Under the pieces are notes generated by a model. The model worked only from the letters and a program-made list of their open reading frames with translations, made no database searches and had not been told where the DNA came from. A stretch of DNA of 64,000 bases from an uncultured Candidatus Rokubacteria bacterium (lineage in GTDB: Bacteria; Methylomirabilota; Methylomirabilia; Rokubacteriales; CSP1-6), in the NCBI GenBank assembly GCA_963747235.1, contig CAVVEU010000008.1:640001-704000 (forward strand). Reading direction: 5' to 3'. The position numbers were made by a program, and so were the translations under genes. Below, piece after piece: positions 21,125-30,814 of this stretch (position 1 is the first letter of the stretch; each line of letters starts with the position of its first letter).

Positions 21125-21427
21125 ATGCCTGATATCCAGTTCCAGGTGTACGGCATCAACCTCCTCGTGCGGCTCATGGTCGAGCCCCCCGCGGATGTGC
21201 GCGTGCACTGTCCGAAGGGCTCGCCGATCCGCTACGGCGAGGTGGTGGGCCGCGGCGACGGCTTCGACGAGGGGGCCAATGCCTTCCGCGACATGCCGCC
21301 GATCCGCTCGGTGGTGGCCTTCGAGGAGAACCCCGAAGAGGTGGAAGGGCACTACTTCTACATCGCCGGGGAAGAGCATCGCGTGATCCGGCTCGACGCG
21401 ATCATCCTCTCGTTCCCGCTGGAATAG
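21125..21427 (+). CDS. Divergent GroES/Cpn10-like protein
   Basis: 100 aa. By-eye alignment to GroES: YGEVVGRGDG ~ RGEVLAVGNG, IAGEEHRVIRLDAII ~ IDNEEVLIMSESDIL. Confidence 0.6.
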   Translation: MPDIQFQVYGINLLVRLMVEPPADVRVHCPKGSPIRYGEVVGRGDGFDEGANAFRDMPPIRSVVAFEENPEEVEGHYFYIAGEEHRVIRLDAIILSFPLE

Positions 21428-21442
21428 GCGCCCGCTCTCGCT

Positions 21443-22675
21443 GTGACCGCGCTGTCGCAAGTCCTCCGCAAGATCGACGCGGACGAGGTCGTGGAGCTGA
21501 CCCGCTCGCTCGTCCGCATCCCCAGCGTCTATCGCCCCGGCGACCCCGAAGCGACCGAGGCCCGCGTGGCCGCCTTCGTCGAGGCCTGGATGCGGCGCGA
21601 GGGCTTCCAGGTGGAGGTGCAGCAGGTCGCCCCCGGCCGTCCGAACATCATCGGCTGGCTCGGCGAGAAGCGCCCCGGGGGCAAGAGCCTGCTGCTCGAG
21701 GGGCACACCGACGTGGTGACCGAGGGCGATCCGGCCGAGTGGTCGCACCCGCCGTTCGGCGCCGACATGGTGGACGGTCGCATCTACGGCCGCGGCACCG
21801 CCGACATGAAGAGCGGGCTGGCCGCGGCCATGGTCGCGGCCGCCGCGTTCAAGCGGGCCGGCGTCGCGCTGCGGGGCAAGCTGGTCGTCGGCGCCCTGGT
21901 GGACGAGGAGGACGGCATGATCGGCGTCCGCCACCTCTGCGGCACCGCGGTGGGCCGCGAGCTGGACGCCGCCATCATCTGCGAGCCGGAGGAGAACGAG
22001 CTCTGCCTCGAGCAGCGCGGCGTGGTCTGGGCGCGCTTCCGCGTGCGCGGCAAGATGGCGCACGGGGCCATGCCCCAGGCGGGCGTGAATCCGATCACCG
22101 GCCTCGGGCGACTGCTGGCCGCGGCGCCCGGCCTCGAGCGACGGCTGCGGAAGGCCTGCGAGAAGAGCCGCTATCTCAAGCCGCCGACCGTGACGCCGAC
22201 CATCATCCAGGGGCCGCCGCCCGGCGTGGGCGTGCCGCAATCGAACGTCATCCCCGCGCTGGCCGAGACCACGTTCGACATCCGGCTGACCCCGGGCATC
22301 GGCGCGGACGGCATCCGCGCCGAGCTGGAGGCGATCTGCCGCGACGCGGCGGCCGCCCAGCCCGGGATCAAGGTGGAGTGGGAGCCGGTCAACGCCTTCC
22401 GCCTGGCCACCAAGGTGGACCGCTCCGAGGCCCTGGTGGCGGCGATGGTCCGCGGGGTGAAGCAGGCGACGCGCCGGGCCGCGAAGTACGGCGGAGTGCC
22501 GGGCTCGACGGATGGCACGATCCTCCGGATGGAGCTGGGCATTCCGATCGTCACCTGTGGGCCCGGGGACCGGCTGATTCCCCACCAGGTCGACGAGTTC
22601 GTCCGAGCCGAAGAAGTGGTCGAGGCGGCGAAGATTTACGCCGCATCGGCTCTGAACTATCTCGAAGCCGAGTGA
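21443..22675 (+). CDS. M20 metallopeptidase (ArgE/DapE family)
   Basis: EGHTDVV, GRGTADMKSG, DEE, HGAMP and PHQVDE motifs. Confidence 0.9.
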   Translation: MTALSQVLRKIDADEVVELTRSLVRIPSVYRPGDPEATEARVAAFVEAWMRREGFQVEVQQVAPGRPNIIGWLGEKRPGGKSLLLEGHTDVVTEGDPAEWSHPPFGADMVDGRIYGRGTADMKSGLAAAMVAAAAFKRAGVALRGKLVVGALVDEEDGMIGVRHLCGTAVGRELDAAIICEPEENELCLEQRGVVWARFRVRGKMAHGAMPQAGVNPITGLGRLLAAAPGLERRLRKACEKSRYLKPPTVTPTIIQGPPPGVGVPQSNVIPALAETTFDIRLTPGIGADGIRAELEAICRDAAAAQPGIKVEWEPVNAFRLATKVDRSEALVAAMVRGVKQATRRAAKYGGVPGSTDGTILRMELGIPIVTCGPGDRLIPHQVDEFVRAEEVVEAAKIYAASALNYLEAE

Positions 22676-23929
22676 CCCCCGCCGGCAACCCGAGGCTCCG
22701 GGCCCTCGAGGCCTTCCCGGTCGAGCAGCAAGGGCAGCGCTGCGTGGCCCTGCGAGATCCCGCCGGCTTCACCGATCAGATCGCCGTGCTCCCGCCGCCC
22801 CTGCTGGATCTGGTGTCGCTCTTCGATGGGGAGCATTCGATCGAGGAGATCCGGGAGATCCTGCAGCGCCGACACGGCAAGGCGCCCACCCTCAAGCGCA
22901 TCACCGACGTCGTCGAGCGATTCGATGCCGCGGGGTTCCTCGACAGCGAGCGGTTCCGGCAGCGGCGCCGGGCGCTCGAGGACGCCTTCCGGCAGAACCC
23001 GGTGCGCCCCGCCGCTCACGCGGGCGGCGCCTACGCGGGCGACGCGGCGGAGCTCCGGGCGCAGATCGACGGGTTCTTCTCCGGCCCTGACGGGCCGGAT
23101 TGCGAGAGCCCAGAAATGGCCCCCGCACTCCCCCAGTCCGCGGCCAACCGATCCAGTCTTTCCGCCTTGGTTGCTCCGCATATAGATTTTCACCGCGGGG
23201 GCTCGACCTACGCGTGGGCGTACCGCGAGATTCTCGAGCGGTCGGACGCGGACCTCTACGTCGTGCTGGGCACCTGTCACGCGGGCATGCCGGATCCGTT
23301 CGCGGTGACCCTCAAGCCCTACGAGACGCCGCTCGGCCCCGTCCCGGTGGACCGCGAGTTCTACGAGGCGCTCGACCGGCGGGCCGGGCAGGACCTGCTG
23401 GCCTCCGAGCCGGCGCACCGCGCGGAGCACTCGATCGAGTTCCAGGCCGTGATGCTCCAGCACATCGTGGGCGCCCCGCCGCCCGTTCGCCATCCTGCCC
23501 GTGCTCGCCTCGTACCTGCACGAATCGCTGGGGCGCGGCGGCGATCCCGAGGCGGATCCGCGCATCCCGCGCTTCCTGGACGCGCTGCGGGAGACGATGG
23601 CGGCGTCCTCGCGCCGGGTGTGCCTGGTCGCGGGCGTGGACCTGGCCCACGTGGGCCCCCGGTTCGGCGATCGCGAGCCCAATAGCGCCGCGTCGCTCGC
23701 GCGGGTCGAGCGGGACGATCGCGCCATGCTGGAGTCGGTGGTGGGGGTGGACCCGCGCGGCTTCTACGCGGGGATCGCCGCCGACCACGACGCCCGCCGC
23801 ATCTGCGGCCTCTCGCCGATCTACACGCTGCTGCGGCTCCTGCCGGAGGCCCCGGGCCGCCTGGTGCGCTACACGCAGTGGCCGGACCCGCAGGGCGCGG
23901 TGACCTTCTGCGCGGTGACCTTCCCGTGA
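22672..23929 (+). CDS. AmmeMemoRadiSam system protein B (MEMO1 family); frame break near 23475; carries an in-frame repeat B insert
   Basis: [35 protein letters not shown] and RICGLSP motifs. Confidence 0.85.
23101..23150 (+). repeat. Repeat family B copy, in frame within the MEMO gene
   Basis: TGCGAGAGCCCAGAAATGGCCCCCGCACTCCCCCAGTCCGCGGCCAACCG = CESPEMAPALPQSAANR. Confidence 0.92.
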
Positions 23930-24394
23930 GCCCGGGCCCCACGCCCGATCCCTCGACCTGGACCCTGCCGAAGCTGCGCATCGATCGCGACGGCCTGTGG
24001 TTCCACGACGACGCCGAGGTCACGCACCCGGGCATCATCGCCAACCTGCGCGAGAACCTCCGGGTGGACGAGCGCGGTCACCATCTGCAGATCGGGCCCG
24101 CGCGGGTGCCGGTGGAGGTGGAGGACGCGCCGTACGTCGTCGAGCGCGTGGAGGCGCAGGGTGAGGGGCTCACGGCCACGCTCAACGACCTGACGCCGGG
24201 AGCCGGTGGCGCTCGACACGCTCCGGGTGGACGAGCGGGGCATCCCGCGCTGCCGGGTGAAGGAGGGCCGCTTCGCCGCGCGGCTGAGCCGGGCCGCGAC
24301 CTATCAGCTCCTCCAGCACGTGCAGCCCGACGAGGGGGCCGGCCGGTCCAGCCTCGTGCTGGGCGGGCGCCGCTACCCGGTGCCGGGCCTCTAG
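23926..24394 (+). CDS. DUF1285-like protein (frame break near 24195)
   Basis: LRIDRDGLWFH, VPVEVEDAPYVV and PRCRVKEGRFAARLSR. Confidence 0.7.
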
Positions 24395-24966
24395 GGAGCG
24401 GGCTCCGGCCCGGGCGGGTAGGCGGAGAGCCCGCGCAGCCCCGCCTCGTCGCCCGCCTCGATCAGCCGGTGCAGCGGGCCGTTCTCCCGCCAGGCCTGGC
24501 AGGTGTTGACGAACCACGGGGCGCCCTCGGCGGGGCGCTCGTAATCCGCGAAGGCGACGCCGGCCCCCTGCCGCACCGCCGGGGCCACCGCGTGGATCAA
24601 CGCGGTGAAGTGGGCGCAGCCGCGCTGCCGGCCGAAGCGCTCGTTGATCTCCCGCGTGAAGCCGCGCGAGATGGACAGGCCCACGAGCTGCTGGAGGGGC
24701 GGCAGGGCGTCCGGGCAGATCGTGTACGGATGCGAGGCCATCTCGCTGCGCGCCTCCGTGATGACCAGATCGGGATGGCGCACGCGCAGGCCGAGCCGCA
24801 TGTCGTGGATCACGCGCGGCGGCTCGGCGCCGAACCAGCGTGGGTTGTCGCGCGGCCGCTCGTCCACGAGCGTCGCGGTGATGTCGAGCTCGTGCTCGCC
24901 CGCCCGCGCGACCTCGATGCGGATGGTCCTCACGTGCACCGGCGGGATCTTCGTCTTCTCGGTCAT
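24391..24966 (-). CDS. DUF2889-like protein
   Basis: HVRTI, VIHDM, PYTICP, LVGLSI..GF, GCAH and VNTCQAW motifs. Confidence 0.75.
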   Translation of the reverse strand: MTEKTKIPPVHVRTIRIEVARAGEHELDITATLVDERPRDNPRWFGAEPPRVIHDMRLGLRVRHPDLVITEARSEMASHPYTICPDALPPLQQLVGLSISRGFTREINERFGRQRGCAHFTALIHAVAPAVRQGAGVAFADYERPAEGAPWFVNTCQAWRENGPLHRLIEAGDEAGLRGLSAYPPGPEPAP

Positions 24967-25754
24967 GAAGCGGCCGCGACCTCCTTGAGGGCTTGGAGCA
25001 AGTCGGAATGGATCGGGCCGTTCGAGGCCGCGATGGTGGGCGCCGCCAGGTCGAGCGGGGCCCCGTGCACGGCGGTCACGGTGCCGCCCGCCTCCCGGAT
25101 CAGCAGCGCGCCCGCCGCGATGTCCCAGGCGCCCAGGTGCTGCTCCCAGTAGCCGTCGAGCCGCCCGGCCGCGACCGCGGCGAGCCCGAGCGCGGCGGAG
25201 CCGAGGCTGCGCACGCTGCGGCAGCGCTGGATGAGGGCGGCGTGCTCGGCGAGATTGTTGCGCGGGGCGGCCAGCAGGTCGTTCGGGTAACTCGTGCCGA
25301 GCAGGCTCAGGCCGAGGGTGGGCGTCGCGGAGACGCGCAGGGGCGCGCCGTTCAGCGTGGCGCCGCGGCCGCGCTCGGCCACGAAGCACTCGTCGCGACT
25401 GGGATCGTAGAGGACGCCGACGGCCAGATCGCCGTCCAGCTCGAGCGCGATCGACACGCAGTAGATCGGCAGCCCGTGGGCGTAGTTGGTGGTGCCGTCG
25501 AGCGGGTCCACGATCCAGCGATGCGGCTCGGTCCCGCTCCGCGCGCCGCTCTCCTCGGCGAGGACCGCGTGCCCCGGGAACCGGGCGTGAATGGCGTCGA
25601 GGATGATGGTCTCGGCGCCGCGGTCCATCTCGGTGACGAGATTCGTGGGGCTGCCCTTGTAGCTGATGTCGTGTCGCGCGCCGAAGCCGGATCGGAGGAA
25701 CGCGCCGGCCTGGAGAGCCGCCTCCACGGCGACGTCGCGGAAGGAATCGTTCAC
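24963..25754 (-). CDS. suhB: Inositol monophosphatase family protein
   Basis: LAEE, WIVDPLDGTTNYAHG, GSAAL and WDIAAG motifs. Confidence 0.92.
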   Translation of the reverse strand: MNDSFRDVAVEAALQAGAFLRSGFGARHDISYKGSPTNLVTEMDRGAETIILDAIHARFPGHAVLAEESGARSGTEPHRWIVDPLDGTTNYAHGLPIYCVSIALELDGDLAVGVLYDPSRDECFVAERGRGATLNGAPLRVSATPTLGLSLLGTSYPNDLLAAPRNNLAEHAALIQRCRSVRSLGSAALGLAAVAAGRLDGYWEQHLGAWDIAAGALLIREAGGTVTAVHGAPLDLAAPTIAASNGPIHSDLLQALKEVAAAS

Positions 25755-25780
25755 GGGGATCGAGGATACCACGGCGCCGC

Positions 25781-25809
25781 TTGACAACCCGGCGACCCTC
25801 TCGCAGCAT
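25781..25809 (+). promoter_or_regulatory. Sigma70 promoter, probably leaderless, for panE
   Basis: TTGACA-17bp-CAGCAT, with ATG 7 nt downstream. Confidence 0.55.
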
Positions 25810-25816
25810 GGCGCCC

Positions 25817-26750
25817 ATGCGCATCGTGGTGATGGGATCGGGCGGGACCGGTGGATTCTTCGGCGCGAAGCTGGCGCGGGCGGGGGAGGACGTGACGTTC
25901 GTGGCGCGTGGCGCGCACCTGGCCGCGCTGCGCGCGAACGGCATGCGGATCAAGTCCGCGGTCGAAGGGGAATGGGTCGTGCGGGCGCCCGCGGTGGAGC
26001 GCCTGGACGGGCTGCCGCCCGCCGACCTCGTGCTGTTCTGCGTGAAGTCCTTCGACACGGAGGAGGCCGCCGCGCTGATCCGGCCCGTGGTGGGTCCCGA
26101 CACCGGTGTGCTCTCGATCCAGAACGGAGTGGACAACGAGGAGAAGCTCGCGCGGGTGCTGGGCGCCGGCCACGTGCTGGGGGGCGCGGTCCGGGTCTTC
26201 GCCACCATCGAGGCGCCGGGCGTCATCACGCACACCTTCGGGGGGCATCTCGCCTTCGGCGAGATGGACGGGCGCGAGACCGCGCGCGCCCAGGCCCTGC
26301 GGGCCGCGTGCCAGAAGGCCTCCATTCCCGGTCGAGCTCGTGGGCGACGTGACCCGCACCCTCTGGGACAAGTACGTGTTCCTGACCACGCACGCCGGGA
26401 TGACCGCGCTGACCCGCTGCTCGGCCGGGGTGCTGCGGGCGGTTCCGGAGGTGCGGGAGGTCTACCGGCGCATCGCGACCGAGATCATCGCGGTCGGACG
26501 GGCCGCCGGGGTGAAGCTCGACGACGCGATGCTGGAGCAGGGGTTCAAGTTCCTCGACACGGTGGCCCCGAACGCGTTCTCGTCGCTCCACTACGACCTG
26601 ACTCACGGCAAGCGGCTCGAGCTGGAGGCCCTCCACGGGCACGTGGTGCGGCTCGCCGAGCGCCACCACGTGCCCGCGCCCACCGTCTTCGCGATCTACG
26701 CGGCGCTGCTCCCGTACCGGGACGGCGCGCCCGCCACTCCCGCGCGGTAG
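25817..26750 (+). CDS. panE: 2-dehydropantoate 2-reductase (frame break near 26327)
   Basis: MRIVVMGSGGTGG, CVKSFD, IQNGVD, LWDKYVF and SSLHYDL...RLELE. Confidence 0.88.
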
Positions 26751-26811
26751 CTGCGGCGGTCGCGCCCGCGCCCGGGCTGGCGCCGGCGCGCGGCTGGTCT
26801 ATACTGACTCG

Positions 26812-28581
26812 GTGTCGTCGCTCAGACGTCTCCTGCCGTATCTGGACCGCTACCGGCTCCGCTACCTCGGGGGCGCGGCCTGTCTGCTCCTCGCCACCGC
26901 GTTCTCGCTGAGCATCCCGTGGACGGTGAAGAGCGCGGTGGACGCGCTCGAGCGCGACGGCACCGCCGCCCGCATCGGTCCCTACGTCCTCCTGATCCTG
27001 GCCCTGGCCGTGGCGCACGGCGCCGCGCGCCTGGGCTCACGCTTCGCCATGCTGGGGGCCGGCCAGTGGGTGGAGCACGACATCCGCGCCGATCTGTACG
27101 CGCGGCTCCTCGTGCTGCCGCCCGCGTTCTATCACCGGCATCGGACCGGCGATCTGATGTCGCGCGTGTCCAACGACATCTCCACCCTGCGGGCGCTGGC
27201 GGGCTTCGGCACCGTGATGCTCATCGGCACCACGCTCGCCTTCGGGGGCGCGCTGACCGCCATGTGGCTCATCGACCCGTGGCTCACCCTGTTCGCGATG
27301 GCGCCGTTCCCCGCGCTCGTGATCATCGCCAAGCGCTTTCACCACGACACGGAGGTGCGCTCCACGGCCGTGCAGGAGCAGCTCGGCGCCCTCTCCGCCA
27401 AGGTCCAGGAGAACCTGACCGGCATGCCGGTGGTGCGCGCGTACACGATGGAGGCGCGCGAGGTGGCCGAGTTCGAGCGCCTCAACGCGGAGTACCTCAC
27501 GCGCAACATGGCCCTGGCGCGGATCCAGTCGGTGTCCTGGCCGCTGATGGGGCTGGTGTCGGGCATGGGCGTGCTGATCGTGATGTGGCTCGGCGGCAAG
27601 GCGGTGGTGGACGGCCGCATCTCGCTCGGCTCCTTCGTGGCCTTCAACGGCTATCTCACCCAGCTCGCCTGGCCCACCATCGCGCTGGGCTGGACGCTGG
27701 CGAGCATCCAGCGCGGCCTGGCCGCCATGGCGCGGGTGACCGAGGTGCTCGACGAGCGGGCTATTGAATGCGGGGGCCCAGAAATGGCCCCCGCACTCCC
27801 CCAGTCGGCGGACAACCGGGAACTCCTGCCTCGCGGCGCGGTCGAGTTCAGGAACCTCACGTTCTCCTACGACGGCGACCGGGGTCTCGTGCTGCGCGAT
27901 GTGTCGTTCGCGGTGCCGGCGGGCGCGGTGGTGGCGGTGGTGGGCCCGACGGGCAGCGGCAAGTCCACGCTGGGCATGCTGTTATGTCGTCTCTACGAGC
28001 CGCCGCGCGGCACGGTGTGGGTCGGGGGGCGGGACGTGCTCGACCTCCCGCTGGGCCGCCTCCGGCGGTCGGTGGGCTACGTGCCGCAGGAGTCGTTTCT
28101 CTTCTCCCGCCCGCTGCGCGACAACGTGCGGCTGGCCGACGAGAGCGCGGACGCGGAGCGCCTGGAGGCGGTGGCCCGGACCGCGGGGTTGACGGACGAT
28201 CTGGGCGCGCTGCCGCGCGGCTGGGACACGGTGGTCGGCGAGCGCGGCCTCACCCTCTCGGGCGGCCAGCGGCAGCGGGTGGCGCTGGCACGCGCGCTGG
28301 TGGCGGATCCGCCCTTCCTCGTGCTGGACGACGTGCTGGCCTCGGTGGACGCGGCCAAGGAGTGGGAGATCACCCGCGCGCTCCGGGGAGCGGCCAGCGG
28401 CCGCACCACGCTGCTGATGACCCATCGCCTCAAGGCGGCCGCCGAGGCCGACGCGATCGTGGTGCTCGACGAGGGCCGCGTGGTCGAGCAGGGCCGCCAC
28501 GCCGATCTCCTCGCGGCCGGCGGCCTCTACGCCCGCCTCTGGCGTGTCCAGCAACTGGAGGACGAGCTCGCCAGTGCCTGA
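26812..28581 (+). CDS. ABC exporter, fused TMD-NBD subunit 1 (degenerate LDD Walker B); repeat B in linker
   Basis: GDLMSR, GPTGSGKST, LSGGQRQR and LVLDDVLASVD. Confidence 0.92.
   Translation: MSSLRRLLPYLDRYRLRYLGGAACLLLATAFSLSIPWTVKSAVDALERDGTAARIGPYVLLILALAVAHGAARLGSRFAMLGAGQWVEHDIRADLYARLLVLPPAFYHRHRTGDLMSRVSNDISTLRALAGFGTVMLIGTTLAFGGALTAMWLIDPWLTLFAMAPFPALVIIAKRFHHDTEVRSTAVQEQLGALSAKVQENLTGMPVVRAYTMEAREVAEFERLNAEYLTRNMALARIQSVSWPLMGLVSGMGVLIVMWLGGKAVVDGRISLGSFVAFNGYLTQLAWPTIALGWTLASIQRGLAAMARVTEVLDERAIECGGPEMAPALPQSADNRELLPRGAVEFRNLTFSYDGDRGLVLRDVSFAVPAGAVVAVVGPTGSGKSTLGMLLCRLYEPPRGTVWVGGRDVLDLPLGRLRRSVGYVPQESFLFSRPLRDNVRLADESADAERLEAVARTAGLTDDLGALPRGWDTVVGERGLTLSGGQRQRVALARALVADPPFLVLDDVLASVDAAKEWEITRALRGAASGRTTLLMTHRLKAAAEADAIVVLDEGRVVEQGRHADLLAAGGLYARLWRVQQLEDELASA
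27769..27818 (+). repeat. Repeat family B copy, in frame in the ABC linker
   Basis: TGCGGGGGCC-CAGAAAT-GGCCCCCGCA CTCCCCCAGTCGGCGGACAACCG = CGGPEMAPALPQSADNR. Confidence 0.95.
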
Positions 28582-30461
28582 GCCAGTGCGTGAGCCCGAG
28601 CAGGAAGACGAGGTTCTCGGCAAGGCGTACGACGCGCGCCTGATGGGCCGCCTGTGGGCGTTCACGCGCCCACACCTCCGGCTCGTGCTGGCGACCTGCG
28701 CCCTCTTCCCGGCGGTGGCCCTGCTGGAGCTGTCGCAGCCCTACCTGATCAAGATCGCGATCGACGATCACATCCTCCGTCGCGACTGGGCGGGCCTCGG
28801 GGGCGTCGCGGCGCTGTTCCTCGTGGTCCTCGTCGTCCTCTACGCGCTGCGGGCGACGCAGGCCTATCTCACCCAGCTCACCGGCCAGCGCGTCATCCAC
28901 GATCTGCGCGCGGCGCTGTTCGCGCATCTCCAGCGCCAGGATGCGCGCTTCTACGACCGGAGCCCGGTCGGGCGGCTCATGACCCGGGTCCTGAACGACG
29001 GCGAGGCGATCCAGGAGCTGTTCACGAGCGGCGCCGTGGCGCTCCTGGGCGACGTCGTCGTCCTCACCGGAGTCGTCGTGATCATGCTCGGAATGAACTG
29101 GAAGCTGGCCCTCGTCACGTTCGCGCTGGTGCCCCTGCTGGTGCTGGCCGCGGCGTACTTCCGGGTGCGCGCGCGGGACAGCTATCGGGTGGTCCGCACC
29201 CGCCTGGCCAGGATGAACGGGTTCCTGCAGGAGTCGCTCCAGGGCATGAGCGTGATCCAGCTCTTCGCGCGCGAGGCCCGGGAGCGGGAGACGTTCGCGC
29301 AGCTCTCCGGCGCGCTGCGCGCCGGCCAGTTCCGCTCGACGTTCTACGACGCTTCCCTCTACGCGACGGTGGAGGCCCTGGGCTCCGCCGCGGTGGCCCT
29401 GCTGCTCTGGTACGGGGGCGGGCAGGTGGTGACCGGGGCGCTCACCTTCGGCGGCCTCGTGGCCTTCCTCGAGTACACCGGCCGCTTTTTCCTCCCCATC
29501 CGGGATCTGGGCGCCAAGTACACGGTCATGCAGGCGGCCATGGTCTCGGCCGAGCGCATCTTCGCCCTGCTCGACACCCACCCCTCCATCACCTCGCCGG
29601 TCGGCGGAAACGGTGGATCGGGCAGGCAGTTGCAGGGCGAGGCGCAGTTGCAGGGCGAGGCGCAGCCGAAGGCGAGCCGAGCGGATACAAGAAAAGAAGC
29701 TCCGGTAGCAACGCCCCCAACCTCCCGCCATAGAATTCCGCAACGTCTGGTTCGCGTACGAAGACGAGCAGTGGGTCCTCCGCGACTGCTCGTTCACGCT
29801 CGCGGCGGGCGAGCGTGTCGCCCTGGTCGGCCCCACCGGCGAGGGCAAGACCACGATCGCCCGCCTCATGATCCGGGCCTACGACGTGACCCGCGGCCGG
29901 GTCCTGGTGGACGGCGTGGACGTGCGCGAGTGGGATCTGAAGACGCTGCGCCGGCACGTGGGCCTGGTGCCGCAGGAGGTGTTCCTCTTCTCCGGCACCG
30001 TCGAGGACAACCTGCGCCTGGCCGGCGACGGCGCGGCGGATCGCCCGACGATCGATCGCGCGCTCGAAGCCGCGAACGCGGAGCGCTTCGTGGCGGCGCT
30101 GCCGCGCGGGCTGGGCGAGGAGCTGCGCGAGCGCGGCGTCAATCTCTCGCAGGGACAGCGCCAGCTGCTGGCCATCGCCCGCGCCATCATCTATAATCCA
30201 CGCGTTCTCGCGCTGGACGAGGCGACGTCCAGCATCGATCCCGAAGCGGAGGCGCAGGTGCGGATCGGTCTCGCGCGGCTGCTGGAGGGACGGACGAGCC
30301 TCGTCATCGCGCATCGGCTGTCCACGATCCAGCGGGCGGATCGCATTCTCGTGCTGCACCGCGGAGAGATCCGGGAGGCGGGCGCGCACGCGGAGCTGCT
30401 CGCGCAGGGCGGGCTCTACTCGCGGCTGTACGAGCTCCAGTTCGGCGTGGGGCGGACATGA
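28574..30461 (+). CDS. ABC exporter, fused TMD-NBD subunit 2 (frame break near 29722); repeat A in linker
   Basis: LGKAYDARLM, VGRLMTR, GPTGEGKTT, LSQGQRQ, LDEATSSID and IAHRL. Confidence 0.9.
29626..29705 (+). repeat. Repeat family A copy with a preceding 18-bp tandem duplication, in frame in the ABC linker
   Basis: (GCAGTTGCAGGGCGAGGC)x2 then GCAGCCGAAGGCGAGCCGAGCGGATACAAGAAAAGAAGCTCCGG = QLQGEAQLQGEAQPKASRADTRKEAP. Confidence 0.92.
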
Positions 30462-30802
30462 AGGCGTTTCACTCGGCGGTATACCGGCTGGTCGGGCGGA
30501 TCCCGAAGGGGCAGGTGGCGACCTACGGGCAGATCGCGGCGCTCCTCGGGTATCCGAGGGCGGCCCGCGCGGTGGGCCAGGCGATGAAGCAGGTGCCCGC
30601 GCATCTGCCGTGGCACCGGGTGGTCAACGCCCAGGGCGGGATCAGCCTCAGGCGCAATGTCGGGAGCATGCTGACGCAGCGGCTCCTGCTCGAGCAGGAA
30701 GGCGTGCCGGTCCGTCGGGGACGGATCCGGCTCCGGCAGCATCGGTGGGCGGGGCCAGGGCGCACCCGCCGGCTGTCCATCGCGGCGCTCGAGCGGCTCT
30801 GA
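30458..30802 (+). CDS. Alkyltransferase-like protein (Atl/MGMT family, PWHRV)
   Basis: IPKGQVATYGQIA, ARAVG and PWHRVVN (Trp in place of the catalytic Cys). Confidence 0.9.
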   Translation: MKAFHSAVYRLVGRIPKGQVATYGQIAALLGYPRAARAVGQAMKQVPAHLPWHRVVNAQGGISLRRNVGSMLTQRLLLEQEGVPVRRGRIRLRQHRWAGPGRTRRLSIAALERL

Positions 30803-30814
30803 TCGGAGGGCACC

